64,000 nucleotides of DNA from NCBI GenBank assembly GCA_030390025.1, contig JASTWF010000064.1, forward strand, positions 372,001-436,000, written 5' to 3'. A model generated the notes under the pieces. That model had not been told where the DNA came from. It did no database searches and saw only the letters and a program-made list of their open reading frames with translations. This document shows, piece by piece, positions 11,055-22,860 of this stretch. How positions within the stretch are numbered: position 1 is the stretch's first letter; each line of letters opens with the position of its first letter. Position numbers and translations under genes: made by a program. Source of the DNA: Squalus acanthias. Its lineage: Eukaryota.

Positions 11055-12657
11055 AGTTTACTGCAGATCTCGGTCACACCAAGTAGAGAGGTACAGGTTC
11101 AGGAGGAGGAGTGTGACTGACGGTCAGCAGGGTTGGGGAATCTAATGGAGGCAGGGAAGGTGGGACCACGGAGTCTGGTCCTGTCCAACAGGTACGATGT
11201 GCTTGCTGCCTGTGGGGATAAGGAGCAAGGCTGTGGGAAGGATGGCCACAATGTTGACCAAGGCACCATGGAGCAGGAGACAGTCCAAGGCGGGAGGAGG
11301 ACAGAAAGGTTGGAGTTATAGAGAGTCAGTTTAACATTGGGTTTGGGAAGCTACTAGAATCTGTTATTAGGGACAGAGTGACTGAGCACTTGAACAAATA
11401 CGAGCTGATCAGAGAGAGGAGTGGCTTTGTTGAAGGTAAGTCCGGTCTGACTCATCTAGTTGATTATGTTGAGGAGGTCACCAACCAGATAGATAGGGGA
11501 GTGTCTATAGATGTTATTTATATGGATTTCCAGAAGGCATTCGATAAGGTTCCACACAAGAGACTTCGCAAAAATGGGAGTGCATGGAATTGGAGGTGAT
11601 CTTTAGACTTGTGTTGGAAATTGGTTGGGAGGTAGGAGACAGAGAGTGGGGATAAAGGGTAGGTACTCTGATTGGTGGGATGTGACTAGTGGTGTCCCCA
11701 GGGATCTGTTCTGGGGCCTCAGCTTTTCACCACATTTATAAATGACTTGGATGAAGGAATGGAGAGTTGTCTATCTAAGTTTGTCGATGAGACTAAGTTA
11801 TGGGGACAGTAAGTTGTGTAGATGTGAGCAGGAAGTTGCAAAGGGACATCGTTAGATTAAGTGTGGGTAAAACTGTGGCAGATGGAGTTCATTGTGAGAA
11901 AGTGTGAGGTCATCCACTTTGGACCTAAGAAAGATCGATCAGAGTATTTTCTAAATGGTGAGAGGCTGGGAACTGTGGAGGAGCAGAGAGATTTAGGGCT
12001 CCAAGTACAGAAATCACTAAAAGCTAGTAGACAAGGATAAAAAATAATTAAAAAGGCTCATGGAATGTTGGCCTGTCTCGAGGACTGGGATACAAAGTGG
12101 GGAAGTTCGGTTACAGTTCTATAAAGCTCTGGTTAGACCCCATCTGGAGCACTGCGTTCAGTTCAGGGCACAGAGAGGGTGCAGAGCAGATTCACCAGAA
12201 TAATTCTGGGGTTTCGAGGGTTCAATTATGAGGATAGATTGTATAAACTTAGTTTGTATACTCTCGAGTTTCAAAGATTGAACGGTGATCTGATCGAGGT
12301 GTTTAAAATGTTAAAAGGGTTTGGTAGAGTAGATACAGGGAAACTACTCCCTCTGGGGGGCAATCAAGAACAAGGGGACATCATCTTCAAATTAGAGCGA
12401 GACCATTTAGGAGGGAAATCAGGAAGCACTTCTTCACACGAAGGGTAGTAGAAATCTGGAAATCTCTCCCAAAAAGGCTGTGGATGTTGAGACTCAACTG
12501 GAGCTTTCAAAACTGAGATAGTGTTTTCTTAGCTCAGAGTATCACGCGATATCGAGCAAAGTGCGTAAATGGAGTTGAGGTACAGATCGGCCGTGATCTA
12601 ACTGGTTGGCGGAACAGGTTCGAGGGGCTGAATAGACTAATCTTGTTGCTATGTTCC
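11055..12657 (+). mobile_element. CR1 remnant (copy of 5385-6990)
   Basis: Mirror of the intron-1 CR1. Confidence 0.85.
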
Positions 12658-13191
12658 TCTCTCCCTCTCCACTCTTCAGTGTCATAACCCTAACGCTTAG
12701 TCTCCAGCCTCATGTGTCCCTGACCTCAGTTCCTCCCCCCACCCCATTGTGTCTCAACCTCGCCAGCCCCAGTACCCAGCCTGGCACTGAGACCCTCTCA
12801 CACCCCATTACTCACTGACCGAGGGTTAATGCCCAGTACCCAGCCTGGCACTGCCCCTCTCACACCCCATTACTCACTGACCGAGGGTTAATGCCCAGTA
12901 CCCAGCCTGGCACTGCCCCTCTCACACCCCATTACTCACTGACCGAGGGTTAATGACCAGTACCCAGCCTGGCACTGAGACCCTCTCACACCCCATTACT
13001 CACTGACCGAGGGTTAATGCCCAGTACCCAGCCTGGCACTGACCCTCTCACACCCCATTACTCACTGACCGAGGGTTAATGCCCAGTACACAGCCTGGCA
13101 CTGACCCTCTCACACCCCATTACTCACTGACCGAGGGTTAATGCCCAGTACACAGCCTGGCACTGAGACCCTCTCACACCCCATGACTCAC

Positions 13192-13240
13192 CTGCAGAGA
13201 CCCCTCCACACAGAACGGCCAGCACTACCAGTCCAATCAT
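13192..13240 (-). CDS. UAA: Second MHC class I exon 1 (signal peptide MIGLVVLAVLCGGVSA)
   Basis: Reverse-complement copy with intact ATG and GTGAGT donor; ATT>GTA (I>V) difference. Confidence 0.85.
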
Positions 13241-13463
13241 TGTTGCTTCCCTCGACAGGCCTGGATGAGCAGTTTGTGGGTAATCCTTTTCCAAGGGACC
13301 GTCTCGTCTTAATCCGTGAGCTGTGCCCAGTTGAGACTGTGTGATTCCTGTGCCCGTCTTCTCTCTGACTGTCGCTCTGTGCCCAGTGCTGATACCGTGC
13401 CTGCCGGACTGTCCCTCTACGCCCGTCTTCTCTCTGTCTGTGAACTGTGCCCAGTGCTGATTG

Positions 13464-13696
13464 TATGAAACTCAGAATCCTCCACACTGATTGGTTCGAC
13501 TGTATGCTTGTGTCCAATTAGAATAAAAACAGGCTGTGAGTCAGCAGGCTCCGGGTAGAAGAGTCCTGGAGAGGTTGTGTCGGTGTCGAAATAAACTTTC
13601 CCAATATCATGAGCTATCCAATCAGAGAAATACTGCGAGCCATATCATCAGTTGCCAGGTAGAATGAACTGAACAATTAAACCAGAAACTGAAAGT
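13464..13696 (-). promoter_or_regulatory. Second MHC class I promoter (double SXY; distal S box absent)
   Basis: Mirror of 4520-4762; lacks ATCAAACCTT; distal X1 is CCTGGCAAC; TATA-like element is TTTCATA. Confidence 0.75.
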
Positions 13697-13890
13697 AGTT
13701 TGACACCGAACATGACAGAGGGAAGAACATTAGGAAAAGGAGGAGGCCATTCAGCCCCTTGGGCCTGCTCCACCATTCAATCAGATCAGGGCTGATCTGT
13801 ACCTCAACTCCATTTACCCGCCTTTGCTCCATATCCTTTAATACCCTAACCCAACAAAAATCATCGATCCCAGTCTTAAAAGCTCCCATT

Positions 13891-14350
13891 GTCCCGAGTA
13901 GCTCTGTTGGTAGCACCCTCGCCTCTGAGTCAGAAGGTTGTGGGTTTAAATCCCACTCCAAAGACTTGAGCACAAAAATCTAGGCTGACACTCCAGGGCA
14001 GTATTGAGGGAGTGCTGCACTGTCGGAGGTGCCGTCTTCCAGATGAGACATTAAACTAAGGCCCCGTCTGTTCTCTCAGGTGGACATAAAAGATCCCATG
14101 GCACTATTTCGAAGAAGAGCAGGGGAGTTATCCCCGGTGTCCTGGACAATATTTATCCCTCAATCAACATAACAAAACCAGATTATCTGGTGATTATCAC
14201 ATTGCTGTTTGTGGGAGCTTGCTGTGTGATAATTGGCTGCCGCGTTTCCTACATTACAACAGCAACTGCAAAAAGTACTTAATTGGCTGTAAAGCGCTTT
14301 GGGATGTCCGGTGGTCGTGAAAGGCGCTATAGAAATGCAAGTCTTTCTTT
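13891..14350 (+). mobile_element. tRNA-derived SINE (copy of 3866-4325)
   Basis: Mirror copy. Confidence 0.75.
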
Positions 14351-14435
14351 CAACATCCACAGGCTTTTGGGGAGAGAGTTCCAGATTTCTACTTTGTGTG
14401 AAAATGTGCTTCCTGATTTCACTCCTAAATGGCCT

Positions 14436-14671
14436 TGCGAGGGGGTCGTTCGGCCCGATTGCCTGCCTCCCTTCCCCGGCCATGTTCGTGCCCGGGTGGC
14501 CCTGGAGATGGAGCACGTGGTGTCCGCCGGCAAGCTCGAGGCCTTCCGAGACAGGTGGGCGCCGCGGGGACTGGAGTGCATTGTCTCCCTGGCCGACGAA
14601 ATATTAATTTAATTTGATAAGTTTTATTTGAGGGTCCACTAAGTTACAGTTACCCGGTTCAACAAAAGAGG
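14436..14671 (+). mobile_element. 5'-truncated Tx1/L1-clade LINE 3' end
   Basis: ORF2 C-terminus-like RARVALEMEHVVSAGKLEAFRDRWAP; 12-bp TSD CCTAAATGGCCT (14424-14435 and 14672-14683); empty site in the other arm near 3777-3788. Confidence 0.7.
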
Positions 14672-15418
14672 CCTAAATGGCCTCGCTCTAATTTTAAGTT
14701 TATGTCCCCTCTTTCTTGATTCACCCACCAGAGGGAATAGTTTCCCCGTTTCTACCCTATCGAAACCTGCTAACATTATAAACATCTCGATTAGCTCACC
14801 CCTCAACTTTCTATACTCCAGGGAATACAAGCCAAGTTTAAGCAACTTGCCTTTAAAGCCCCAGTACCATTCTGGTCAATCTGCGCTGCAGCCCCTCCAA
14901 GGCCAGTCTATCCTTCCTGAGGTGCGGTGCCCAGAACTGAACACAGTGCTCCAGATGGGGTCTGACCAGAGCTCGGTACAACTGAAGCTCAGCTTCCTCC
15001 CCTTTGTATCCCAGCCCTCGAGATAAAGGCCAACATTCCATTCGACAGACTGGTGAGATGGGCAGACACACGGCAGATGGAACTTAACACAGAGAAGTGT
15101 GAAGTGACGCCTTTTGGAAGGAAGAATGAGGAGAAGCAATATAAACAAAATGGTACAATTTTAAAGGGTGCAGGAACAGAGAGGCCTCGGGATTTATGTA
15201 CACAAATCTTTGAAAGAATCTTTGAAAGTGGCAGGACAAGTCGATAAGGCTGTTAAAAAGCTACAGGGTCCTTGGCTTTATAAACAGTGACATAGAGTAC
15301 AAAAGCAAGGACGTTAGGCTAAACCTTTATAAAACACTATTTAGGCCTGGGCTGGAGTATTCTGGCCATTTCTGGGCTCCACACTTTAGGAAGGATGTCA
15401 AGGCCTGGGAGAGGGTGC

Positions 15419-17970
15419 TCCCAGTCCAACTCCCCCTGACCTGCTGAAACTTAACCCTCTCCCAGCCCCACTCCCCGTAACCTGCTGAACTTTAACCCGC
15501 TCCCAGCCCCAGTCCCCTGACCTGCTGAACTTTAACCCCTACCAACCCCACTCCCTGACCTACTGAACATTAACCCCCTCGCAACCCCACTCCCCCTGAC
15601 CTGCTGAACTTTAACCCTTCCCACTCCCCTGACCTGCTGCACTTTAAACCCCTCCCAGCCCCACTCTCCCTGAACTGCTGCACTTTAACCCCTCCCAGAT
15701 CCACTCCCTGATGAACTTTAACCCACTCCCCCTGACCTGATGAACTTTAATCCCCTCCAAGCCCCACTCCCCCTCACCTGCTGAATTTAAATCCCCTCCA
15801 AGCCCCACTCCCCCTGACCTGCTGAACTTTAACCCCCTATCAGTCCCACTCCCCTGACCTACTGAACATTAACCCCTTTCCAGCCCCACTCCTGACCTGC
15901 TGAACTTTAACATGCTCCCAGCCCTACTCCCCCTGACCTGCTGAACTTTAATCCCCTCCAAGCCCCACTCCCCCTGACCTGCTGAACTTTAACCCTTCCC
16001 AGCCCCACTCCCCTTGCCCTGCTGAACTTTAACCCCCTCCCAGCCCCACTCCCCCTGACCTGCTGAAGTTTAACCTCCTCCCAGACCCACTCCCCATGAC
16101 CTGCTGAACTTTAACCCCTCCCAGCCTCACTCCCTCAGACCTGCTGCACTTTAACCCCCTCCCAGCCCCACTCCCCTGAACTGCTGCACTTTAACCCCTC
16201 CCAGACCCACCCCCCACCCCCACCCAACCCCACTCCCCCTGACCTACTGAACTATAATCCTTCTCAGCCCCACTCCCCTTGTCCTGCTGCACTTTATCCC
16301 CTCCCAGCCCCACTCCCCATGATCTGCTGCACTTTAACCCCCCTCCAAGACCCACTTCCCCTGACCTGCTGAACTTTAACCCACTCCCCCTGACCTGCTG
16401 CACTTTAAACCCCTCCCAGCCCCACTCTCCCTGACCTGCTGAACTTTCACCCACTCTCCCTGACCTGTTGAACTTTAACCCCCTCCCAACCCCACTCCCC
16501 ATGACTTGCTGAACTTTAACCCCGCACCCAGCTCCACTCCCACGACCTGCTGAACTTTAACCCCCTACCAGCCCCACTCCCCTGACCTACTGAACTTTAA
16601 CCCCCTCCCAACCCCACTCCCCCTGACCTGCTGAACTTTAACCCTTCCCAGCCCCACAACCCCTGACCTGCTGAACTTAACCCCCTCCCAGCCCCACTCC
16701 CCCATAACTGCTGCACTTTAAGCACCTCCCAGTCCAACTCCCCCTGACCTACTGAACTTTAACCCTCTCCCAGCACCAGTCCCCCTGACCTGCTGAACCT
16801 TAACCCTCTCCCAGCCCCACTCCCCGTAACCTGCTGAACTTTAACCCGCTCCCAGCCCCAGTCCCCTGACCTGCTGAACTTGAACCCCCCCCCCACCCAG
16901 CCCCACTCCCCCTGACCTGCTGAACTTTAACCCCCTCCACCCAGCCCCACTCCCCCTGACCTACTGAACATTAACCTCCTCCCAGCCACACTCCCCTGAC
17001 CTGCTGAACTTTAACCCCTCCCAGCCCCACTCCTGACCTGCTGAACTTTAAACCCCTACCAGCCCCACTCCCCTGACCTGCTGAACTTTAACCCTTCCCA
17101 GCCCCAGTCCCCCATAACTGCTGAACTTCAACCCACTCCCCCTGACCTGCTGAATTTAAACCCCTCCCAGCCCCACTCCCCCTGACCTGCTGAACTTTAA
17201 CCCATTTCCCAGCCCCACTCCCCCTGACGTGCTGAACTTTAACCCTTCCCAGCCCCACTCCCCTGACCTGCTGAACTTTAACCCTTCCCAGCCCCACTCC
17301 CCTTGACCTGCTGCACTTTAACCCCTTTCCAGCACCACTCCTGAGCTGCTGAACTTTAACACGCTCCCAGCCCCACTCCCCCCGACCTGCTGCACTTTAA
17401 CCTGCCCTCCCAGCCCCACTCCCCCTGACCTGTTAAGTTTAACCTCCTCCCAGACCCACTCCCCTGAACTGCTGCACTTTATCCCCTCCCAGTCCCACTC
17501 CCCATGACCTGCTTAACTTTAACCCCCCCCACCCAGCCCCATTCCCCTTGTCCTGCTGAACTTTAACCCCCCTCCCAGACCCACTCCCCGACTTGCTGAA
17601 CTTTAACCCCCCACCCAGCTCCACTCCCCCTGACCTACTGAACTTTAACCCGCTCCCAGTCCCCCTGACCTGCTGAACTTTGACCTAATCCCCCTGTCCT
17701 GCTGCACTTTAACCCCCTCCCAGCCCCACTCTCCCTGACTTGCTGAACTTGAACCCCCCGACCTGCTGAACTTTAAACCCCCACCCAGCCCCACTCCCCC
17801 TGACCTACTGAACTTTAACCCCCTCCCAGCCCCACTCCCCCTGACCTGCTGAACTTTAACCCCCTCCCAGCCCCATTTCCCCATACCTGCTGAACTTTAA
17901 CCTCCTTCCAGCCCCACTTCCCCATACCTGCTGAACTTTAACCCCTCCCACTCCCCCTGTCCTACTGAAC
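15419..17970. repeat. ~38-bp C-rich satellite (CCCCTCCCAGCCCCACTCCCCCTGACCTGCTGAACTTTAA)
   Basis: Degenerate tandem array of ~2.5 kb. Confidence 0.95.
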
Positions 17971-18000
17971 CCAGTTGAACAGGCTTTGGAAAAGCTGACT

Positions 18001-19030
18001 CGACCTAATCGGTGACAGTGGAGGAGGCCACAAGATATGAAACAGCCGAGGAGAGGACAGCACAGACTTAATCGGTGGCAGTGGAGGAGGCCACAAGATA
18101 TAAAACAGCCGAGGAGAGGACAGCACGGACCTAATCGGCTGCAGTGGAGGAGGCTACAAGATATAAAACAGTCGAGGAGAGGACAGCACAGACCTAATCG
18201 GTGGCAGTGGAGGAGGCCACAAGATATAAAACAGCCGAGGAGAGGACAGCACGGACCTAATCGGCTGCAGTGGAGGAGGCTACAAGATATAAAACAGCCG
18301 AGGAGAGGACAGCACGGACCTAATCGGCTGCAGTGGAGGAGGCTACAAGATATAAAACAGCCGAGGAGAGGACAGCACAGACCTAATCGGTGACAGTGGA
18401 GGAGGCCACAAGATATAAAACAGCCGAGGAGAGGACAGCACAGACCAAATCGGCAGCAGTGGAGGAGGCCACAAGATATAAAACAGCCGAGGAGAGGACA
18501 GCACAGACCAAATCGGCAGCAGTGGAGGAGGCCACAAGATATAAAACAGCCGAGGAGAGGACAGCACAGACCTAATCGGTGACAGTGGAGGAGGCCACAA
18601 GATATAAAACAGCCGAGGAGAGGACAGCACGGACCTAATCGGCAGCAGTGGAGGAGGCTACAAGATATAAAACAGTCGAGGAGAGGACAGCACGGACCTA
18701 ATCGGTGACAGTGGAGGAGGCTACAAGATATAAAACAGCCGAGGAGAGGACAGCACAGACCTAATCGGTGGCAGTGGAGGAGGCCACAAGATATAAAACA
18801 GCCGAGGAGAGGACAGCACAGACCTAATCGGTGACAGTGGAGGAGGCCACAAGATATAAAACAGCCGAGGAGAGGACAGCACAGACCTAATCGGTGGCAG
18901 TGGAGGAGGCCACAAGATATAAAACAGCCGAGGAGAGGACAGCACAGACCTAATCGGTGACAGTGGAGGAGGCCACAAGATATAAAACAGCCGAGGAGAG
19001 GACAGCACAGACCTAATCGGCAGCAGCGGA
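18001..19030 (+). repeat. 63-bp tandem repeat (~16 copies) containing TATAAAA, at the 5' end of a CR1
   Basis: GACCTAATCGGTGGCAGTGGAGGAGGCCACAAGATATAAAACAGCCGAGGAGAGGACAGCACA units. Confidence 0.9.
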
Positions 19031-20743
19031 ACCGCCGACAATTTCAACAGCAACAAGAACCAAGGAGTGACGTCACAGCACAGCAGGTAGGTGATTGGTG
19101 GGTGAGTATTAACGCTGTTTCTCTGTAACCTGGGACAGTGGCTTAAACCAGGAGCGGGAAACTATAACGCACTTCATTAAATTTATAACTTAACCAGTTA
19201 AACTAATTAATATAACTATAAATAGTCATTGAATAAAGATTTTAACTAATTAAATAAATAAAAGAAGGTTAGACTAAGGTTTGGCAGGGCAGGTTGTGTG
19301 TCTGGACTGCAGTCTGTGGACAGCGAGACTGTCCCGAGCGAACACGTCTGCAGGAGATGTCTCCGTCTCGAATCTCTCCGGCTCAGAGTCATTGAGCTGA
19401 GTGCGAGTTGGAGACACTCCGACACGTGAGGGAGGGGGAAGAGTATCTGGACAGTTTGCTCCAGACCTCGGTTATACCTCGTAGAGAGGTGCAGGATCAG
19501 AACGGGATCGAGTTCAAAGCGTTTGAAAGGGAGAAATGCAAAACAGCTACTAAGATTCTAGATTTAGGTAAGACCGACTTCAATGGGATGAGGCAGAGAC
19601 TGTCCACAGTAAACTGGGCAAATCTGTTAATGGGTAAAATGACAAAAGATCAGTGGGAGATGTTTAAAAAAAAAGAACCAGTTTATACCCCTGAGTGGCA
19701 AGAACTCAACTTGCCAAAAAAAACAGCCGTGGACGACTAAAGAGGTAAGAGACAACATAAAACTAAAGGAAAGGGCATACAAAAATGCAAAAAATAGCAC
19801 AGATCCTGACGAATGGGAAAGATAGAAAGAACAGCAAAGGGTCACAAATCAGACAGTAAGAGCTACAAAAGGGAGTATGGAAAGAAACTTGCAAGGCCTA
19901 TTAAAATCAATACGAAGAATTTTTATAGCTACATGAGGAAAAAGAGGGTGGTCAGGAGCAATGTTGGCCCCTTAAAAACTGATAACGGTGATATTGTCAA
20001 TGACAATGGGGAAATGGCGGACATGTTGAATAATTACTTTGTGTCAGTATTTACAGTAGAAGAAGAGGATAGCATGCCGGAAATCCCAAAGAAACTAATA
20101 TTGAATCGGGGACAGGGACTCAATAAAATGAATGTAGGTAAAATAACAGTAATGAAGAAAATAATGCCACTAAAGAGTGACAAATCCCCAGGGCCAGATG
20201 GTTTCCATCCCAGGGTTTTAAAGTATGTAGGTGAGAACATTGCAGATGCCCTAACTATAATCTTCCAAAGTTCTCTAGATTCAGGAATGGCCCGGATATT
20301 CCGCTCGGAGGCTTCCCGCGGGCAGAAGCCCCTGACCTGCAAAAAAGAACCGCACGGACCTTAATGCTCTGGGCCCACGTAAACTTCCGTTGTAATCCTG
20401 AGGACTCCTGGGCAGCGTATGACGTCACGCCACCCAGGAGCACAGCGTGTGCGGAGCCTAGGGCTTCACGTGTAGGGGAGACCCGCCCTCAAAAGTTATA
20501 TTTGCATAGGCCACGCCCCCGATTATTTTCAACTCTTCAGAAGCATTGGCAACTGAAAGTAGCTGCAAAACTCAATGGTAAGTTGTTTCTTTATAGTTTT
20601 TTGAATCTTTTGTAAACTTTTAAAGACTTTTACATAGATTTGAAGAATCTTAAATAGTTTTAAAGAGATTTGAAGCAATTTAAAGAGTTTTAAAAGCCCT
20701 GAAAACATTTTTTTCATTCATTTTAATTAATGAGCAAAGTGAA

Positions 20744-21203
20744 ATGGAAGGACTGAGCACAATTCGCATGATTAAGAGAGCTCAGAATTTCAGTGACCAT
20801 GACATCAGCACACTCCTCAATGAGGTTGAGGTGAAGTGCCTGTGGATCCTTGGGAATGAGAAGTCCAGGGCGCCGCGCAAAGGACAGATGACAGCTTGGT
20901 CAGAAGTTGCCCAGGCTGTCAGCGCGAACTCCACCATTCCACGGACAGCGGAACAATGCCATTACTTTGACTCCCGCAGAACCGCCCTTACCTGCTCCCA
21001 GCGCAGACACAGTGCAGGCCCATGAGACAGCAGCTCCGCCAATCCTGATGCAAGCAAACGTTGCCTTTCAGCAGCAGCAGCAGCAGCAGCAGCAGCCCTG
21101 TCAGGAGGCAATTGCTGAAGGGCAAGAGATGGCACACAGGGGCCTTTCAATTGGCAGCAGAGGGCTCCGGTCACGGGGAAGGGGAAAGCGCAGGAGACAG
21201 TAG
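20744..21203 (+). pseudogene. Harbinger Myb/SANT-like (trihelix) DNA-binding protein, internally deleted/frameshifted
   Basis: KRAQNFSDHDISTLLNEV...AWSEVAQAVSA...RTAEQC, then loss of the expected RKKW helix; polyQ and basic tail in another frame. Confidence 0.7.
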
Positions 21204-21714
21204 GGTGTCACCTTTGCACAATCCACATCCTTTGACCCTCAGGCACAGATACGAGGGGGCAAATCGTTCAATTCTTTCATGTTTCGTTTTATTTAAATGT
21301 TAAATGGTGTCGTTGCTTTTTTTTATTGAAATATATATTTGTGACTGAAAGTGTATGTAACCGTTTTGTTTAAAAAGTACAGCCTCTAGTCACTTTGAAA
21401 AAAATGTCAACTCTTTTATTTGCAAAGATATTTAAAATTACAACTGTTTGAAAATTAGAAAATAGCTCGTTTCCATCTTGAATGTCTTTATTGCACTAAG
21501 AAACCAAAAAAGTCACTTTAAACTGTTTACAAATTTTATTTAAAAAAAATTATGTTTGCGAAGGTTTGAAAAGTAGAAAATAACATTTAAAAGTTAAAAA
21601 CTGAACCTCAAAAGTCTTTGATGCTGCAATAAAAGTTCACTGTTTCACTTTAAATTGTGTCTGTTCCTTTCTTTGCCTTGCTGGGGGAGGGGGAGGTACA
21701 AGGCGAGACTATCA

Positions 21715-22860
21715 TCACCTCGTGAAGGTGTTGGCTACTAGCAGTTCCCGAGCAGCCGTACTTTCGGCAGCACTTGGCTCCTCCCCATCAGGCCTGGCCA
21801 CAGGCACATTGGCATCGTCCATGTCCTCCATTTCAGCAGGGAGCTCCTCTGCAGGGTTAAAGGTCAGTCCGACCCGCAGGGCAAAGTTATGCAAAGCACA
21901 ACAGGCCACCACAATCCTTGGCACTTTCAGAGGAGAATACTGCAAGGTCCCCCCTGACCTGTCCAGGCACCGGAAGCATGATTTCAGAACCCCGATTGTC
22001 CTCTCCACCACTTGCCGTGTGGACACGTGTGCCTGGTTGTGTCTCTCCTGAGCCTCATTATTGGTCTTGCGGTAGGGAGTCATCAGCCATGGTCTTAGCG
22101 GGTAGCCCTTGTCGCCCAATATCCATGCGGATCCTGGAGGCAATGTGCTGAGGGCGCCATATAAGTCCGAGTTACGGAGGACGAAGGAGTCATGAGCACT
22201 TCCCCGGTGCTCTGCATTCACGTTTAGGATCCTGAGGTGCGCATCACAGACTATCATGACATTCAATGAATGAAACCCCTTCCTGTTGATGTATGTCACA
22301 GGTGCATCCAGTGGTGCCTTCAATGCAACATGGGTTCCATCGACAGCCCCAATCACTTTGGGGAATCCAGCAATGGTATAAAATGCAAGGGCCATCTCCT
22401 TTTGATGGCGTGTGGACAAGTCAAAGTCCATGAACTCTGAAGCCCTACGGAAAATGGCATCTGTGACCTGGTGAATGCAGGCCAATGCAGCACTCTGGGA
22501 GATGTTGGTAATGTCACCGGTGCCTGCCTGAAATAACCCACTTGCAAAGAAGTTCAGCGCTGTGGTTACCTTCATGTTCACTGACAAGGCAGTGCGGGTC
22601 TTCGAGCGTGTTTGAAGGTCCTCCTTTAACATGTCACATAGTCGGCCGATTGCCTCTTTACTGAAGCGCAGCCTCCTCACACACAACTCCGACAGCATCT
22701 CAAATGACAGCCTCTCCCTGTACACTCTCTGCGGTGGGTAATAGTTCCTCCTGATCAGGAGACGGTGATGGTTCCTCGGTCTTCTTTGTTGTTCCCTGGC
22801 GTTTCCAATTCTCTGATGCACAATTGCACCGAGGATCAAGGCAACATCGTCAAAGGGCAT
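21715..22860 (-). CDS. Harbinger (HARBI1-like) DDE transposase, 381 aa, uninterrupted
   Basis: GAVDGTHV, HDSFVL, LGDKGYPL, RQVVERTIG and CCALHNF motifs. Confidence 0.93.
   Translation of the reverse strand: MPFDDVALILGAIVHQRIGNAREQQRRPRNHHRLLIRRNYYPPQRVYRERLSFEMLSELCVRRLRFSKEAIGRLCDMLKEDLQTRSKTRTALSVNMKVTTALNFFASGLFQAGTGDITNISQSAALACIHQVTDAIFRRASEFMDFDLSTRHQKEMALAFYTIAGFPKVIGAVDGTHVALKAPLDAPVTYINRKGFHSLNVMIVCDAHLRILNVNAEHRGSAHDSFVLRNSDLYGALSTLPPGSAWILGDKGYPLRPWLMTPYRKTNNEAQERHNQAHVSTRQVVERTIGVLKSCFRCLDRSGGTLQYSPLKVPRIVVACCALHNFALRVGLTFNPAEELPAEMEDMDDANVPVARPDGEEPSAAESTAARELLVANTFTR

Larger units (their letters stand above)
9761..15418 (-). repeat. Inverted duplicate of ~3041-7780 (upstream region, promoter, exon 1 and intron 1 of MHC-I)
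   Basis: Colinear reverse-complement match, with mirrored ORFs (e.g. 6444-6665 vs 11378-11599; 3213-3407 vs 15053-15247). Confidence 0.95.

Noticed and set aside
15419-17970. Telomere-like TTAACCC motif
   Set aside because: Single variant motif within a ~38-bp unit, not (TTAGGG)n
19060-19100. TGACGTCA...GATTGG as another SXY module
   Set aside because: No X1 or S box, and it lies in the CR1 5' UTR
21715-22860. Host HARBI1 gene
   Set aside because: Bounded by TIRs, paired with a Myb gene and inserted within a CR1, so a transposon copy
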